A stretch of DNA of 64,000 bases, from the NCBI GenBank assembly GCA_000934665.2, contig KZ538352.1:1-64000 (forward strand), read 5' to 3'. A program made the position numbers and the translations under genes. This document shows, one piece after another, positions 1 to 15,185 of this stretch (within the stretch, counting starts at the first letter, position 1; the number at the start of each line of letters is the position of its first letter). A model generated the notes under the pieces. The model made no database searches. It saw only the letters and a program-made list of their open reading frames with translations, and was not told where the DNA came from. This stretch comes from Catajapyx aquilonaris. Taxonomy: Eukaryota.

Positions 1-797
1 AAAAACCAGCCTATAAACCCTTGGGAATACTATTCTCAGCCCTACAATCACTAATACTAACACCCAGCACAAAGATGACTTGATCAACACCATCTTGCAA
101 AACGTTAAATGCGGAAGTAAGATCTCTGGGTTACATTTACCCATATGGTGAAGATCTTACGCAGCCCAGTCTTGTTTCAGCAATTTCTATCCGTCGCTTA
201 GATCTTACTTTCCTTTTTTTTACAATTCCATAGGGATTGTTTTTTGTGATAATACGAATGAAATGGAACTTGGGGCCAATTTGTGCTCATGGTCTATATG
301 AATAATTATATCTGGATTTATTTTACGAGTGCGGGATATAAATTAATCAGTAACGACGATTAATGTTCATTACTTGAATTTGACGTCCAATTTCACTGTT
401 CATATCTGTATGGTACTGTATAAAATTGTTACACGATTGATGTATTGAGTCAACACCATGGATACCACTTTTAGTCAATGAAATAATTGGCAGCCTTTAT
501 TGGAGCATGAGCTGCTCTGTTTATCAGAAAACGTGACAGGTGTCGGCGTAAGGAGAAGGAGCAAAATCATAAGTTATATCAAAATCAACACCAGAATCAA
601 AATGACGCCAACACGAGCTTCTAGAAAAGTCCTGCGCATCATTATTTTAATAAATCTTTGGTAAAATTTAGGTATATAATAATATTTCTTCTCAATTCAA
701 ACCTTAATATATACCCATTGCATTTTGTATTTTACCCTCAATGTTTTTACCGCATTTGCTTATCCTCTCAAGATAATAATTATAAGTATTTATTGGC

Positions 798-2826
798 ATG
801 GAAGAGGACCAACAGCGACCTCCGGATAAAAACAGTGAGTAGCATTATGCTGTAAGATTTAAGGTAGTAAGCAATTTTACTTGTGAATAATCAGGAGAAA
901 AAAATGTCATGAGAAATATGTAGTTATGTTACTGATAAATAATTCATTTATAGGTAACAGAATTACATATTGCGCACCTTGTGACAATGTCATGGACAGA
1001 GCCTTCAAAAGCTGTCATGAGGGTTTTTTGCATCTTGTCCAGAGCAAATTCCTTGGATGATTCGACTGTTGTAATTTCCTGTTGTTACAGAGAATCGCTT
1101 GCCATGGCGTTACATTTTTGCGGTGCTCAGCTCTCTTGGAATGGCCATCGTGTACGGGTTGACTGTGCATGTGAGTGTGACCATGATAGCCATGGTCAAT
1201 CACACTGCTATCGATGTTCAGATGACTCAAAATGACTCCGACATCGAAGTGGAGGACACGTGTCCAGCAGGAAATGCACAAGATGGCGGGGAAAAAGTGC
1301 AGGTCTGGCTGAATGTCGTTGCTTATAATAACACGAAAATCATGTTTGTCTCTAGGAGGCGTCATGATGGGTAATTAAAGTAAATTACTTTCAGGATGGC
1401 CCTTTCGCATGGGAAAAACAAGTACAAGGGTTGATCTTCTCCGCATATTTCTGGGGCTACATAACATCGCAGATTCCCGGAGGCATCCTTGCCCATGCCT
1501 ATTCGGCCAAGAATGTCTTCGGAGTGGCCGTAGCCATCAATGGTCTGTTGGCCATCATCACTCCTCGAGCAGCCGGACTGAGCCCCATTGCATTCATCAT
1601 AGTTCGAATCCTCCAGGGAATCATGGCTGGAGCCAATTTCCCAGCCATGCACGCTCTTTTGCCTCCTTGGATACCACCACAAGAGTCCAGTCAAATGTCC
1701 ACTGTAATATACTCCGGCATGTCCCTTGGGACAGTCATAACCCTTCCTCTGTCAGGTGTAATTGCACTGTACCTGGGATGGGAGTGGGTGTTTTTTGGAT
1801 TAGGCATCGCCTCATTGGTTTGGTGCGCTGCTTGGTTTGGGCTGGTCACTGATTATCCAGAAGATCACATGTTCATGTCCAAAGAGGAGAAGGAATACAT
1901 TTCTAAATCTGTTGGAGCAATTGAGCATGTGAGTTGATGACTAGAAGTCAGAATATATACGTATGATTGAAACATTTGTGCAAAGTGTATAATTTTGTCA
2001 CAGGTTCACAGGCCTATCCCTTGGAGGAAACTACTTGCATCCATACCATTCCATGCCTTGTGGTTTGCTCACTTCTGTGGAAACGTAGGGTGGTACATGC
2101 TTCTAGTGGAGCTGCCATCATACCTGAACGAGATACACCATTTCGGCCTGCGTGACAATGCACTTCTGTCTGCAGCTCCCTTCCTGTCCATGTGGCTCTT
2201 CAGCTTCATTCTGAGCAACAGACTGGACTGGGCCAGATCCAAAGGGTACATCAGTTCAACAGGTTCCCAGAAAATCGCGACGTTCATCGCATCCGTACCA
2301 CCTGCGTTGTGTCTGGTCGGTGTCACATTGGCCGGATGCGACAGGACAGCTGTTGTTGCTCTGATGGTCGTGGCAGTGACCTGCATGGCTGGAATGTTCC
2401 CTGGGTACCTCACCAACCACATAAGAATAGCTCCTCACTACGCAGGTGACATATACGTGTAAAGGCTACTGTGGTGGTGGCCTACACACTTTTCTTGACC
2501 TTACCATGCAGGCTACTCCTGTATACAATATGTGCCTGATCCGTATACATTTCAGGCACCCTGATGGGATTGACCAACACGATAGCGACGATACCTGGAT
2601 TCGTGGTCCCCTATGTTGTAGGACAGCTGACCCATAAAAATGTGAGCATCATTCTGCCACTTGTTCGTTTCCAATATTTGTCATTTCATGGTCTCTTCAG
2701 GAAACGTTGAGTGCCTGGAACGTGATTTTCTACGGGGCATCAGTCATCGGCGCCATGCAGGGCGTAGTGTACATCTTCTTAAGCAGCGGGGAGATACAAG
2801 CATGGAATGATGATGTTCAAGTCTGA
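798..2826 (+). CDS. SLC17-family (sialin/picot-like) MFS anion/phosphate cotransporter, tandem copy 1
   Basis: Exons 798-834 (MEEDQQRPPDKN, donor GTGAGT), 1091-~1302 (PWRYIFAVL...AMVNHT), ~1395-1928 (DGPFAW...FWGYITSQIPGG...FPAMH), ~2004-2445, 2556-2641 and 2701-2826 (TGA). Typical SLC17 motifs; frames join across GT-AG sites. Confidence 0.92.
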
Positions 2827-3267
2827 CCTATGACAGAAGCTGTCCAGTCATCTGAGCTTTGAAATTTTGCACTGTTCTTCGCAGGCCTACCAGGCAATGT
2901 TGTGCAGGCATTATTCCAGTCTCTCGTATACTGTCTCACAATTACGGGTTAAAAATTTGAATAGCAAGTTGTTCAAGCACAATTAATACGAAAGGAAAGA
3001 ACATGCTTTGGATTGGAATTCTTCTGGTCGCATGAAGCTGTATATAATAGGGGAATAATAAACCCGTTCGCTTTCCTGCACCATTTGCAGTAGTTTGTTT
3101 GAGGTGAATATACAGGAGCATACCAATGAAGGTGCATAGAATCGAGGGGTGAGAATTACATGGTTGTAACTGCAATGAAAATCCTTTGTAGCCTACCCGA
3201 TTGTAGATTGGTCTATCCTGTTCTTCACACAGTCAATTCTTCAACCTACACTTGACGACTGGAAGTA

Positions 3268-4132
3268 TTTTATTGTTACCGTGTTACACGATAGAAGTGT
3301 TAGTTTAAACCAACGTGGAGACCCCTTTGAGTTCATGGAATAATTATAGGCAGCCGTCTTCTTACATAATTATTAGCTGCATTGTTTAACAGGAAAGTGA
3401 ATAAGCACTAATCATGTAAAGTGTCGGAGCAGGAAGAAGGAGAACCTGGTCACATTCACAGTGGTGCCAGCATGGAGATGCAAGAATATTATGCTTTATT
3501 GGAATGGAATTATTATTCGGGTCGCATGCAGCTATAGGTGAATAATAAACACGTTCGATTTACTGCACTGTTTGAGTCGTTTATTTGAGGTGAATATGCA
3601 AGTGAATTAATGCAGGCGCGTACAGATGCCATGGGTGTTTCAACACAGCAATACACAGCAATAGTCTGCCACAATGCAGGCAGTAAAGGTCTGTTTCTTT
3701 GAGGCGGATTCAGCAATCAGGCACGAGGCGAATCAGTAAGCTGGAACTTTTTTTTTTACGTGTCGCTATAAGTTTGTGACCGTTTTTTTATGTGTCACTA
3801 ATGGATATTGCAAATCTGAGATAAGTCTTTAAAAGTTATTTACTGCAAAGTATTGTACATTATCTGCTTCAAAATGTAACGAATATAAAATATTATTTCA
3901 CCTCTCACCCATTTTTCAAAGTTTTTCTGCTTTATTGTTACTGTGTTACACGATAGAAGTTTTAGTTTAAACCAACGTGGAGACCACTTTGAGTTCATGA
4001 AATAATTATAGACAGCCGTCTTCTTACATAATTATTAGCTGCATTGTTTAACAGGAAAGTGAATAAGCACTAATCATATAAAGTGTCGGAGCAGGAAGAA
4101 GGAGATGCTGGTCAAATCCACAGTGGTGCCAG
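3268..4132. repeat. Near-identical ~200 bp direct duplication (3268-3470 / 3931-4132) upstream of SLC17 copy 2
   Basis: TTTATTGTTACxGTGTTACACGATAGAAGT...CACAGTGGTGCCAG occurs twice. A more diverged pair lies at ~3010-3170 / 3495-3650, and there is weak similarity to 428-565 upstream of copy 1. Confidence 0.85.
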
Positions 4133-4374
4133 GAGATGCATGAAGTAGTGTTGGGCTTCATTATTTTCTGTAAATCGTATATTAAAATTAGGGAAATACT
4201 TCTTTTCAATTCGAGTGTTAATTTTTAAGCATTGCGTTTTGTATATTTTTGGCCTCAGTTTTTGATGCTTAACTTATTTACTGCTGCTACTTTGGCAATG
4301 GCGCTTTTTAATGACGTCATGCAAAAATTATTTAAATATGCCCTCTCGTTTCAAGACAGTGATTATTATCTGTC

Positions 4375-6198
4375 ATGGAACAGAACCAAGAGCAAGCATC
4401 GGAAAACAGCAGTAAGTATAGTGCTCTAAAGTAGTTGCAATGTCATGTAGCAAGTTATGTTATCTTTTCTGAATAATCAATCAAGCTTTCAATCATTCAT
4501 CAACTACTTGTTCTGATAGATTTTCGATTACCATGGCGTTACATATTTGCGGTGCTCAGCTCTCTTGGAATGGCCATCGTGTATGGGTTGACTGTGCATC
4601 TGAGTGTGACTATGATAGCCATGGTTAATCACACTGCCCTCGAAGATCAACATGAAACTCCGATGAATTCAAGCCAATACAATTACTCCGAGATCAACAT
4701 GAAGGACACGTGCCCATTAGGAAATTCACAAGAGAGCAACGGAAGCAAACAGGTATGGTCGCATAATCACACTAAAACTGTTGTCACAATGAGGAACCGA
4801 GTTACTTCCAGGATGGCCCTTTTGTGTGGGACGAGCGTGTACAAGGAATGATCTTCTCCGCATATTTCTGGGGCTACATAACATCCCAGATTCCTGGAGG
4901 CATCCTTGCCCATGCTTATTCGGCCAAGAATGTCTTCGGAGTGGCCATAGCCATCAATGGTCTGTTGGCCATCATCACTCCTGTAGCAGCCGGACTGAGC
5001 CCCATTGCATTCATCATAGTTCGAATCCTCCAGGGAATCATGGCTGGAGCCAACTTCCCAGCCATGCACGCTCTATTGCCTCCTTGGACACCACCACAAG
5101 AATCCAGTCAAATGTCCACTATCGTATACGCTGGACTGTCCTTCGGGACGGTCATTTCAATGCCTCTGTCTGGAGTCATTGCACTGTACCTAGGATGGCA
5201 ATGGGTGTTTTACGGGTTTGGCTTCTTCGCATTGGTCTGGTGCGCTGCATGGTTTGGACTGGTCACTGATTATCCAGAAGATCACAGGTTCATGTCCAAA
5301 GAGGAGAAGAAATACCTTTCCAGATCTGTCGGAACCATTGAGCGCGTGAGTTGACAATTTTTAAACCTGTGAACCTGAAACAAAAATTATACATCTTGCA
5401 CAAATTTTGTTACAGATTCACAGGCCTTTGCCATGGAAGAAAGTGATGACTTCTGTACCATTCCATGCCTTGTGGTTCGCGCACTTCTGTGGAAACACAG
5501 GGTGGTACATGGTTCTGGTGGAGCTGCCATCATACCTGAACCAGATACACCATTTCGGCCTGCGTGACAATGCACTTCTGTCTGCAGCTCCCTTCCTGTC
5601 CATGTGGCTCTTCAGCTTCCTTCTGAGCAACAGACTGGACTGGGCCAGAGCCAAAGGGTACATCAGTTCAACAGGTTCCCAGAAAATCGCGACGTTCATC
5701 GCATCCGTACCACCTGCGTTGTGTCTGGTCGGTGTCACATTGGCCGGATGCGACAGGACAGCTGTTGTGGCTCTGATGGTCGTGGCAGTGACTTGCATGG
5801 CCGGAATGTTCCCTGGGTACTTCACCAATCACATAAGAATTGCCCCGCATTACGCAGGTGATACTGTCCACATTAATTATTTTTGTCCGTATTAATGTGC
5901 ACAATTTCAGGTACCCTAATGGCACTGACCAACACGATAGCGCAGGTGCCTGGATTTGTGGTCCCCTATGTTGTAGGACAGCTGACCCACAAAAATGTGA
6001 GTTTCCCTTCTTATTCAATTATTTCCAGAGTCTGTCACTGATTCGTCTTTTCAGCAAACGATGAGTGCCTGGAACGCTATTTTCTATGGCACATCAGTCG
6101 TCGCAGCCTTGGAGGCCATAGTGTACGTGGCCTTCAGCAGCGGTGAAGTTCAATCCTGGAATGATAATAAGGTGGCCCCGATGCCCTACAAACAGTAG
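4375..6198 (+). CDS. SLC17-family transporter, tandem copy 2
   Basis: Exon 1 4375-4411 (MEQNQEQASENS, GTAAGT), exon 2 from 4520. Same exon layout as copy 1; ends ...WNDNKVAPMPYKQ TAG at 6198. Confidence 0.92.
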
Positions 6199-6894
6199 AT
6201 AAAATGATATGCTCCGTCTCATACTGAACATGAAGTTATTACAATCGCTCATTGTGTTGCCTCCTCGGAACCTCTTGATGTCTTCAACCCTGAATAATGA
6301 TAACAGCCTGTTATTTGCGTGCAAATCAGACGGAAGCACTAAAAATCTGGCTCAGCAAAAATCACAATGAAATTCCATCCTATTTTTAGTTACACATTTT
6401 TTATGCAAAAAAAACATGCCCTTGTAACTAAACATTATTTTTTTTGCTACTCTTCCGGTTCTATGAATATATGTGATAACTCGGAAGATCTCGCAATATG
6501 TGATATTTTTTTGCACAAAAATTTGCAAAAAAAAGTATCAATAAAGCAACGAGCGTCAGTAACGTACAATCACAAGTCGTATGATGCCTTTTATTACGTT
6601 GGTAGTGTGAAAAAGCAAAAATGAGTTGTAATTGGCGAAATCATGCAACTACTAGAGAGACCTCCTGCTCGCGTCATCATCTCCCCTCATCCAACCCCCG
6701 TACTCTCCTCTTCGCGAAAATCAGTTCGCGAAAATCTCCAGGCCAGTCTCTAGAGTGCTTCAAACCAGGCATATACAGTGCATGTAAACGACGCATGTGT
6801 CGCATCGATTCAACAAAAAAAAGCAAGTTAAGAAGAGTCACCTTCAAAAGTTTGCGAAAAAAAACAAGGCGGGGAATTTGCAATCTGATGAGAA

Positions 6895-9677
6895 ATGGAC
6901 AGCAAAACTTTAAAAATTGAGGAAGAAGAGCCTAAGAGTGAGTATAAAATTTATTTTTATTTAATATGTATTTATTTGCCAACAATGTGCCAATTTTGGA
7001 TAGTGTTTCATCATTCTGGAGATGGCAAATTTTTTTGTAGCAAAAATTATTTTTTTAAATCAATTAATTGATTACAGGTCATTGAGCCGCGAAGCCAATT
7101 GAGTTCGGAGTGACAGCTTAAAATGCCATCAAGATCAGATTAATAAAAGTGAGCTAATTTTGTGCTGAAATTGTCGTAAATTATAAGAGCTGGATAGCCA
7201 AATCGTGCCGCCGGATATTTGTGCAAATTTTTTGCAATTTAATTGTGCATTGTTGTAGGGTTTAAAACACCGGAACCATGCACGTGTGTGTTTCGCAATT
7301 TTTGCTAACTGGACTTTTTGCAAGGCTATTTTTAAATCCCCAGTTGGATTGCAACACTCGAACCTTCTTCCGGGTTAAAAAAATAAATTTGGCAACGTCT
7401 TGTGATGTAACTATAGGAGCGAAAAAAAATGTTCATTAAGAGTATGATCTTTCAAGGCAATTAATCTTCCGCCATTTATGCAATCCCTTGATAGAAACAT
7501 TATTGTTTTAATTAATGTGAAGTTACGATCAGCTGCAAGTTAATCCAGAAGTAAAAATAATTGACTCAAATGGGTTAATTAAAGAGTTGTTTAATATAAA
7601 CAGTCAGGTTTAAAAATTATGTTAATTAAGCACTAATTCATAGATGTTTAGCACTTTCATTAAGGTGCTTAATTGACATACTGGTAATTTAGGAAAATAT
7701 TTAGTCTACAGTTTATTGACAGTAATCACACTTTATTATTGATATGATCATTAATTATTTGTGTGTCCACAAAACTATTTTTTGCAAGTTTGAAGGATTT
7801 TTAAGCGTAGAATTGCGTAACTATTGACAGGATGTTTCCAGTTGTTAATAAGGCTTAACAGATTAATAACAACCTTGAGGATTAACAGGTGGTATATGAA
7901 CAGCACTGAATGATCAAGTGCTACTTATGTTAATGACTAATTATTCTGTAGTTACATAATCAATGATATTGCCAAGCTTATTATTGTAGCAGTATTTTAA
8001 TAATTAATAATTATTTTTCAGAAACATGTACAGTCCAGTGGCGATACATATTTGCGGTGATGAGCTCCTGCGGATTTGCTATAATCTACGCGCTGAAGGT
8101 GAACCTGAGCGTGGCCATTGTCGCAATGGTGAACCACACAAGCTTAGGCGGTGGGCTCCATCCGTCTCTTGACGAGAATGTCTACAACGCACTCGACTGG
8201 GTTAACAACTCGGATGAAACCTCTGCCACAACCGCTGCTCCTAACCTGCATGATGACACCTGCCATGGAGTCTACACCGAGGCTCGAGCGGCAGCTGTCG
8301 AGGTAAAAATATTATAGTCAATGTTAGTTCATGTCAGTAACGTTCATGTTGTTTCTATAGGATGGCCCATTTTTATGGAATGAGCCGACTCAAGCGTTAG
8401 TCCTCAGTGCGTACTTCTGGGGCTACATTGTGTCCGAAATACCTGGTGGCCGCATGGCCGAGAGATTCTCGGCCAAGTGGGTGTTCTTCATGGCCGTTTT
8501 TAGCAATGCGATCCTGGCCATTGTTACGCCTCCGTTGGCCACGTTGAGCTACATTGGCGTAGTGGTGGTCCGCGTTCTTCAGGGCCTGACTGCTGGAGTC
8601 ACCTTCCCCTCGATGCATGTGTTGATCGCCAAGTGGGTGCCGCCTCAGGAGTCAAGCGTGATGTCGGCCATAATTTACGCTGGGATTTCCTGGGGTACGG
8701 TGGTGTCCCTCCCGATAACTGGTGCACTGGCCGCTCACAGCGGATGGGAAAGCCTCTTCTACGTTATGGGTTCGCTCTCACTTCTGTGGTGCGTAGCATG
8801 GGTCTTCATGGTGTCCGATGCGCCACAGGACCACAAGTTCATGAGCAAGGAGGAGAAGCAGTTCATCGCATCCGGGATCGGACCGGCAGAACATGTGAGC
8901 ATTTCTTTCAGCGTGAATGTCTGCGAAACTGACCGCTTCTTTCAATAGGGCCATCCGCCTGTGCCATGGAAAAAGGTTTTTACGTCGGCTCCATTCTACG
9001 CAATTGCTTTTGCCCATTTCTGCGGAAATGTCGGATGGTACATGCTTTTGGTGGAGCTGCCCACATACTTAAGCAAGATCCTCCTGTTTGGTCTGAGCAG
9101 CAACTCGCTTCTCTCATCTCTTCCGTTCTTAATGATGTGGATCTTCAGCCTCGTATTCAGCAACAGGCTCGATTGGGCACGGCATAAAGGCTGGATATCG
9201 ACAGGGACGGCCAGGAAGATTGCCACCTGCACCGCCTCGTTGCTGCCGGGTATCTGCCTGATCGGTGTGATACTAGTCGGATGCAACAGGACCGGAGCAA
9301 TAGTCTTCATGGTCCTTGCAGTCGGGTTCAAAGGCGGGATGTTCAGCGGGTACCTCACAAATCATATCGACATCGCACCAAACTTTGCCGGGACTCTGAT
9401 GGCCCTCACCAACACCGTGGCCACGATACCAGGCTTTGTGGTGCCTTACATTATAGGGCAGCTCACCCATGAGAACGTAAGTACTGGTAATTTAAAACTG
9501 ATTTCATTCGTAACCAATACATGACAATTGCAGCAAACACTGGCCGTATGGAGCTACGTGTTTTATGCCACCGCAGTTGTGTACGCCCTGGAGGCTGTCG
9601 TCTACGTTCTGTTCGGAAGCGGAGAGGTGCAACCTTGGAACAGCAGGCATCCAGTCGCTGAAAGTGCAGACGGCTAG
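6895..9677 (+). CDS. SLC17-family transporter (picot-like), tandem copy 3, more divergent from copies 1-2
   Basis: Exon 1 6895-6937 (MDSKTLKIEEEEPK, phase 1) joins the exon at 8022 (WRYIFAVMSSCGFAIIYALKVNLSVAIVAMVN). Further exons ~8361-8894, ~8949-9476 (NHIDIAPNFAGTLMALTN) and 9534-9677 (GSGEVQPWN...TAG). Confidence 0.92.
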
Positions 9678-9750
9678 TTAATCGCAAAACTGAGGAACAC
9701 TAGATGAAATTACGCTTGCTACTTTATAACTGTGCGTTTAGTTTTATTTT

Positions 9751-12121
<2,371 letters not shown>

Positions 12122-12996
12122 ATCTGCCAAAAAAAAAAAAAAATCTGCAAAAAAAAATAATTCGCCAAAGAGAAAAACTAGCACGTTAAACTGCGCGCTG
12201 TCGAAACATGTATCCAATTAACTCCTTTAACTATCCCGATTTTTTTTCCACTAACTATAAAATGAACCCTGTTTAATTCCCCTGGCTAATTAATAATTTC
12301 CGTGTGGTTAATCACAACAACAATTGTTGGCGCCATATTTATTTTGCATTTTAATTTTTTTTCGAATGGGCACTGGACAGGGAGTAGGTCAGTCCAAGTG
12401 GCAAGCACAGGTAGTAGGACTTTCTGCTGCAATGGAACGCGAGTGAAGTTGCATCCCCGTTTGGATTGAATATTGACGAACGCAGTTTCCTCCCCCGCCC
12501 TCCCTTTTCCCTTCCCTCCCTCCCTGTTCCATTCAGCCTCCTCCTTCCCCCTCCGTCAGAACAAACAGAACGCGAAGTCTCTCGAACGGTCGTTTGTGTG
12601 TCGTCGTCGTCCCCCTTCGAACCCACCCTCATCAGGATGTGGGTGCCTGGATAAAGACGGGAAAAAGGAACGGCTGACCCACAAGGTGAGTTGATTATTT
12701 TCGAGGGTTAGGAAAACTGGGGGGTGTACGTTGCACAATCACCAGAGAGAGTGGGTGGGATTTGTTTGTATACAAAACCTTGTTGTGTAATCAAAAGCGT
12801 GGAACATGGCGTTGTTATCAAACGGTGTGCAGTACAAAGCTCAGGTGCAAGGCTTTGGTTAATTGAATTGGAATGGTCAGTACGGGAACGGTATGGTGCA
12901 TGGAAAAGAATTTACAGAGTTCAGTACGGAACAAGTTGTGAATGGCACGGAGCATGTAAATATTTTAATTGAATTTCTGCAGTTCAGTACATAGCA

Positions 12997-13227
12997 CCGA
13001 AGCAGGTTGGCATAGTGGATAAGGCGTCCGACTGCTAATCGGGAGGTCCTGGGTTCGAATCCCGGGGCCGGCAACCTTGACCGTGGTTTTCTGTGGTTTT
13101 CCACGGTCTTTATAGGATAATTCCGGGGTTGCTTCCGTATAATAGGCCACAGCCTCTTCCTTCCTTCCCTATCCTTGGAGGTTGAAAGGCAATGCTGGGC
13201 CAACCTTCTTAAATATATCAATTATAA
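12997..13227 (+). mobile_element. tRNA-derived SINE (tRNA-Ser(GCT)-like head)
   Basis: A box TGGCATAGTGG, anticodon-like GACTGCTAATC and B box GGTTCGAATCC. Body GTGGTTTTCTGTGGTTTTCC...GGCCACAGCCTCTTCCTTCC resembles arthropod SINE bodies. Flanked by 16-bp direct repeats AGTTCAGTAC(A/G)TAGCA (12981-12996 / 13228-13243). Confidence 0.8.
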
Positions 13228-15185
13228 AGTTCAGTACGTAGCAGTACGCTCAGTGCGGACAACAGTGTGCTGCATGTAAAATATAATAATTTTAAAATTG
13301 AATTTCTGAAGGTCAGTACAAGGTGTGTGGTTAAAATTATTTTTTTTTTGTTTGTTTGCAGGACGGAACAGGGGATTTGCATGAAATAAAATTTATTTAA
13401 TATAATTTTTGGTTTGCAGGACGGAATAATTATGCTGCATTTAAATATTTCTTAATTGAATATTTATTTGGCAGATGCAGGCCAGACGGAACAATTATGC
13501 TGAATTTTTATTTGCCAGATGGAACAATAATTATGCTGCATTTAAAGATGTGTTTTCATTGAATTTTTGTTTGCTGGATGGAACAGTGCTTTATATGCAA
13601 AAAAATTTTAAGAAAATTTTTGTTCCCTACGAATACGCTGCATGTCAAAAATTTTATCAGCATTTTAGAACAGAACGGTATGCCACGTGTAAAATGGTTA
13701 ATTGAATTTCAGCAGTTCAGTACGGTAGTGCATGTGAATAACTCTGTTATATTTTGTGTAGATTCTGTACCGTTCCGCAGATAACATGCGATGTAAGCCC
13801 AAAATTTTGGGGGATGTCATACCGGGTGCGGTGGATGCCTATCGCATAGCTATTTTATCGTAGTGTACCCATAACGCATTGTCCGTACCATCTGGCGTCA
13901 CCGGAAAGGCGATTGAGGGGGAGAAATCTCGCATACTTGAAACATTTGAAACATCTGGGCTTCCAGCCGGATGTTTCTTCGGTCACGTTGACAATGTGTT
14001 TGTCTTTCCTTGAAATGCAAGCAATTTTCGTGGCATGCACGACAGCTATTCGAGCCTTGTGCGGAGTCTAGACTTGTGACTAGACTAGTTGATTGTTAAC
14101 ATGGCGGAAGGAACGGTGTGTTGGAAGCTGGTTTGGTATGGATAATTTTTTGTGTAAACTCTGTGGTAGTAATAATAATAATGTGGTACAATATGGTTCA
14201 GTTATATTCAACAAGGACGCCGTAAACATCTGGCATTACCATATCAATCTCATGAATATGGTATTGTTTCCATTCATCAGATCTGACCTTGTGTGCAAGT
14301 GAACCTCCGATGTTTAACATTCAAAGTACGGTCTCATATTCGCATGTGCCCCTCTTGACTTCCATGTTTCGAGACCTGAATATTCGCGGATTGAAAAATT
14401 CTCACTGATTTAATTAGGCGATGCACGTCGACGCCATTGGCCTGTTGCCCCAGGATTTCCTGATTAGGTTTTCCCACATCGACTTCTTCCTCCACGAGGA
14501 AGCATGTTTTTTTTTAACTTTTTCCCCCATTTCTCATTGATTTCCACAGGAGCCGTCTCCTTTCTCCTTCACCTGCTGCAGGAAAGTTCATACAAGTGTA
14601 CATAGTAAGAGTAATGTGATATTAATTGCAGGGAGTTTGTAAGGAGATAAGAGAGCGCGAAGTACGTCCTTCGCAAATCGAAATTGCCAGTACGTTTCCT
14701 TATGAGAAAGGATATAAAAATCATCAAGGATTATTATTATTATTATTGTTAAGGTATTAATAGTATTATTATTGCTGTTGTTGTTTACAAACTATATTGT
14801 AAGATGTGTATGTATAGGTCAAGTGTGTTGCAAGTGCAAAAAAAAGTGTGTTTTTTATGCAAATTATTATTTTTTTACTAGTTACATATTCATATTCAAG
14901 CTGGATATTTTTACTCTCATATAAATAATGTAGGTTACATGCACCTGCAACATTTTAAAGACCGGTTTTTGCCTGCTATGGATATCTGCATGAATTAATT
15001 TTTAATGGTTCTTTATAATTACGTATGTGACCTTGCCCAATGCTTTTTACGCGCCGCCTTGTAATTGCCAGCCCCCCGTCAAGGTTAAGAGACCAATTTA
15101 CTCTTGCTTTTACAGATCACCCCCCCTCACTTGACTGCTGGGAAGAAGAGAAAAAAAGCATATAGAAAAATATGATAGGCCTCCG

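Noticed and set aside
12997..13075. Functional tRNA genes here and at 24829, 25925 and 26480
   Set aside because: Acceptor and anticodon stems pair poorly and the sequences continue into repeat bodies; treated as SINE/tRNA-derived.
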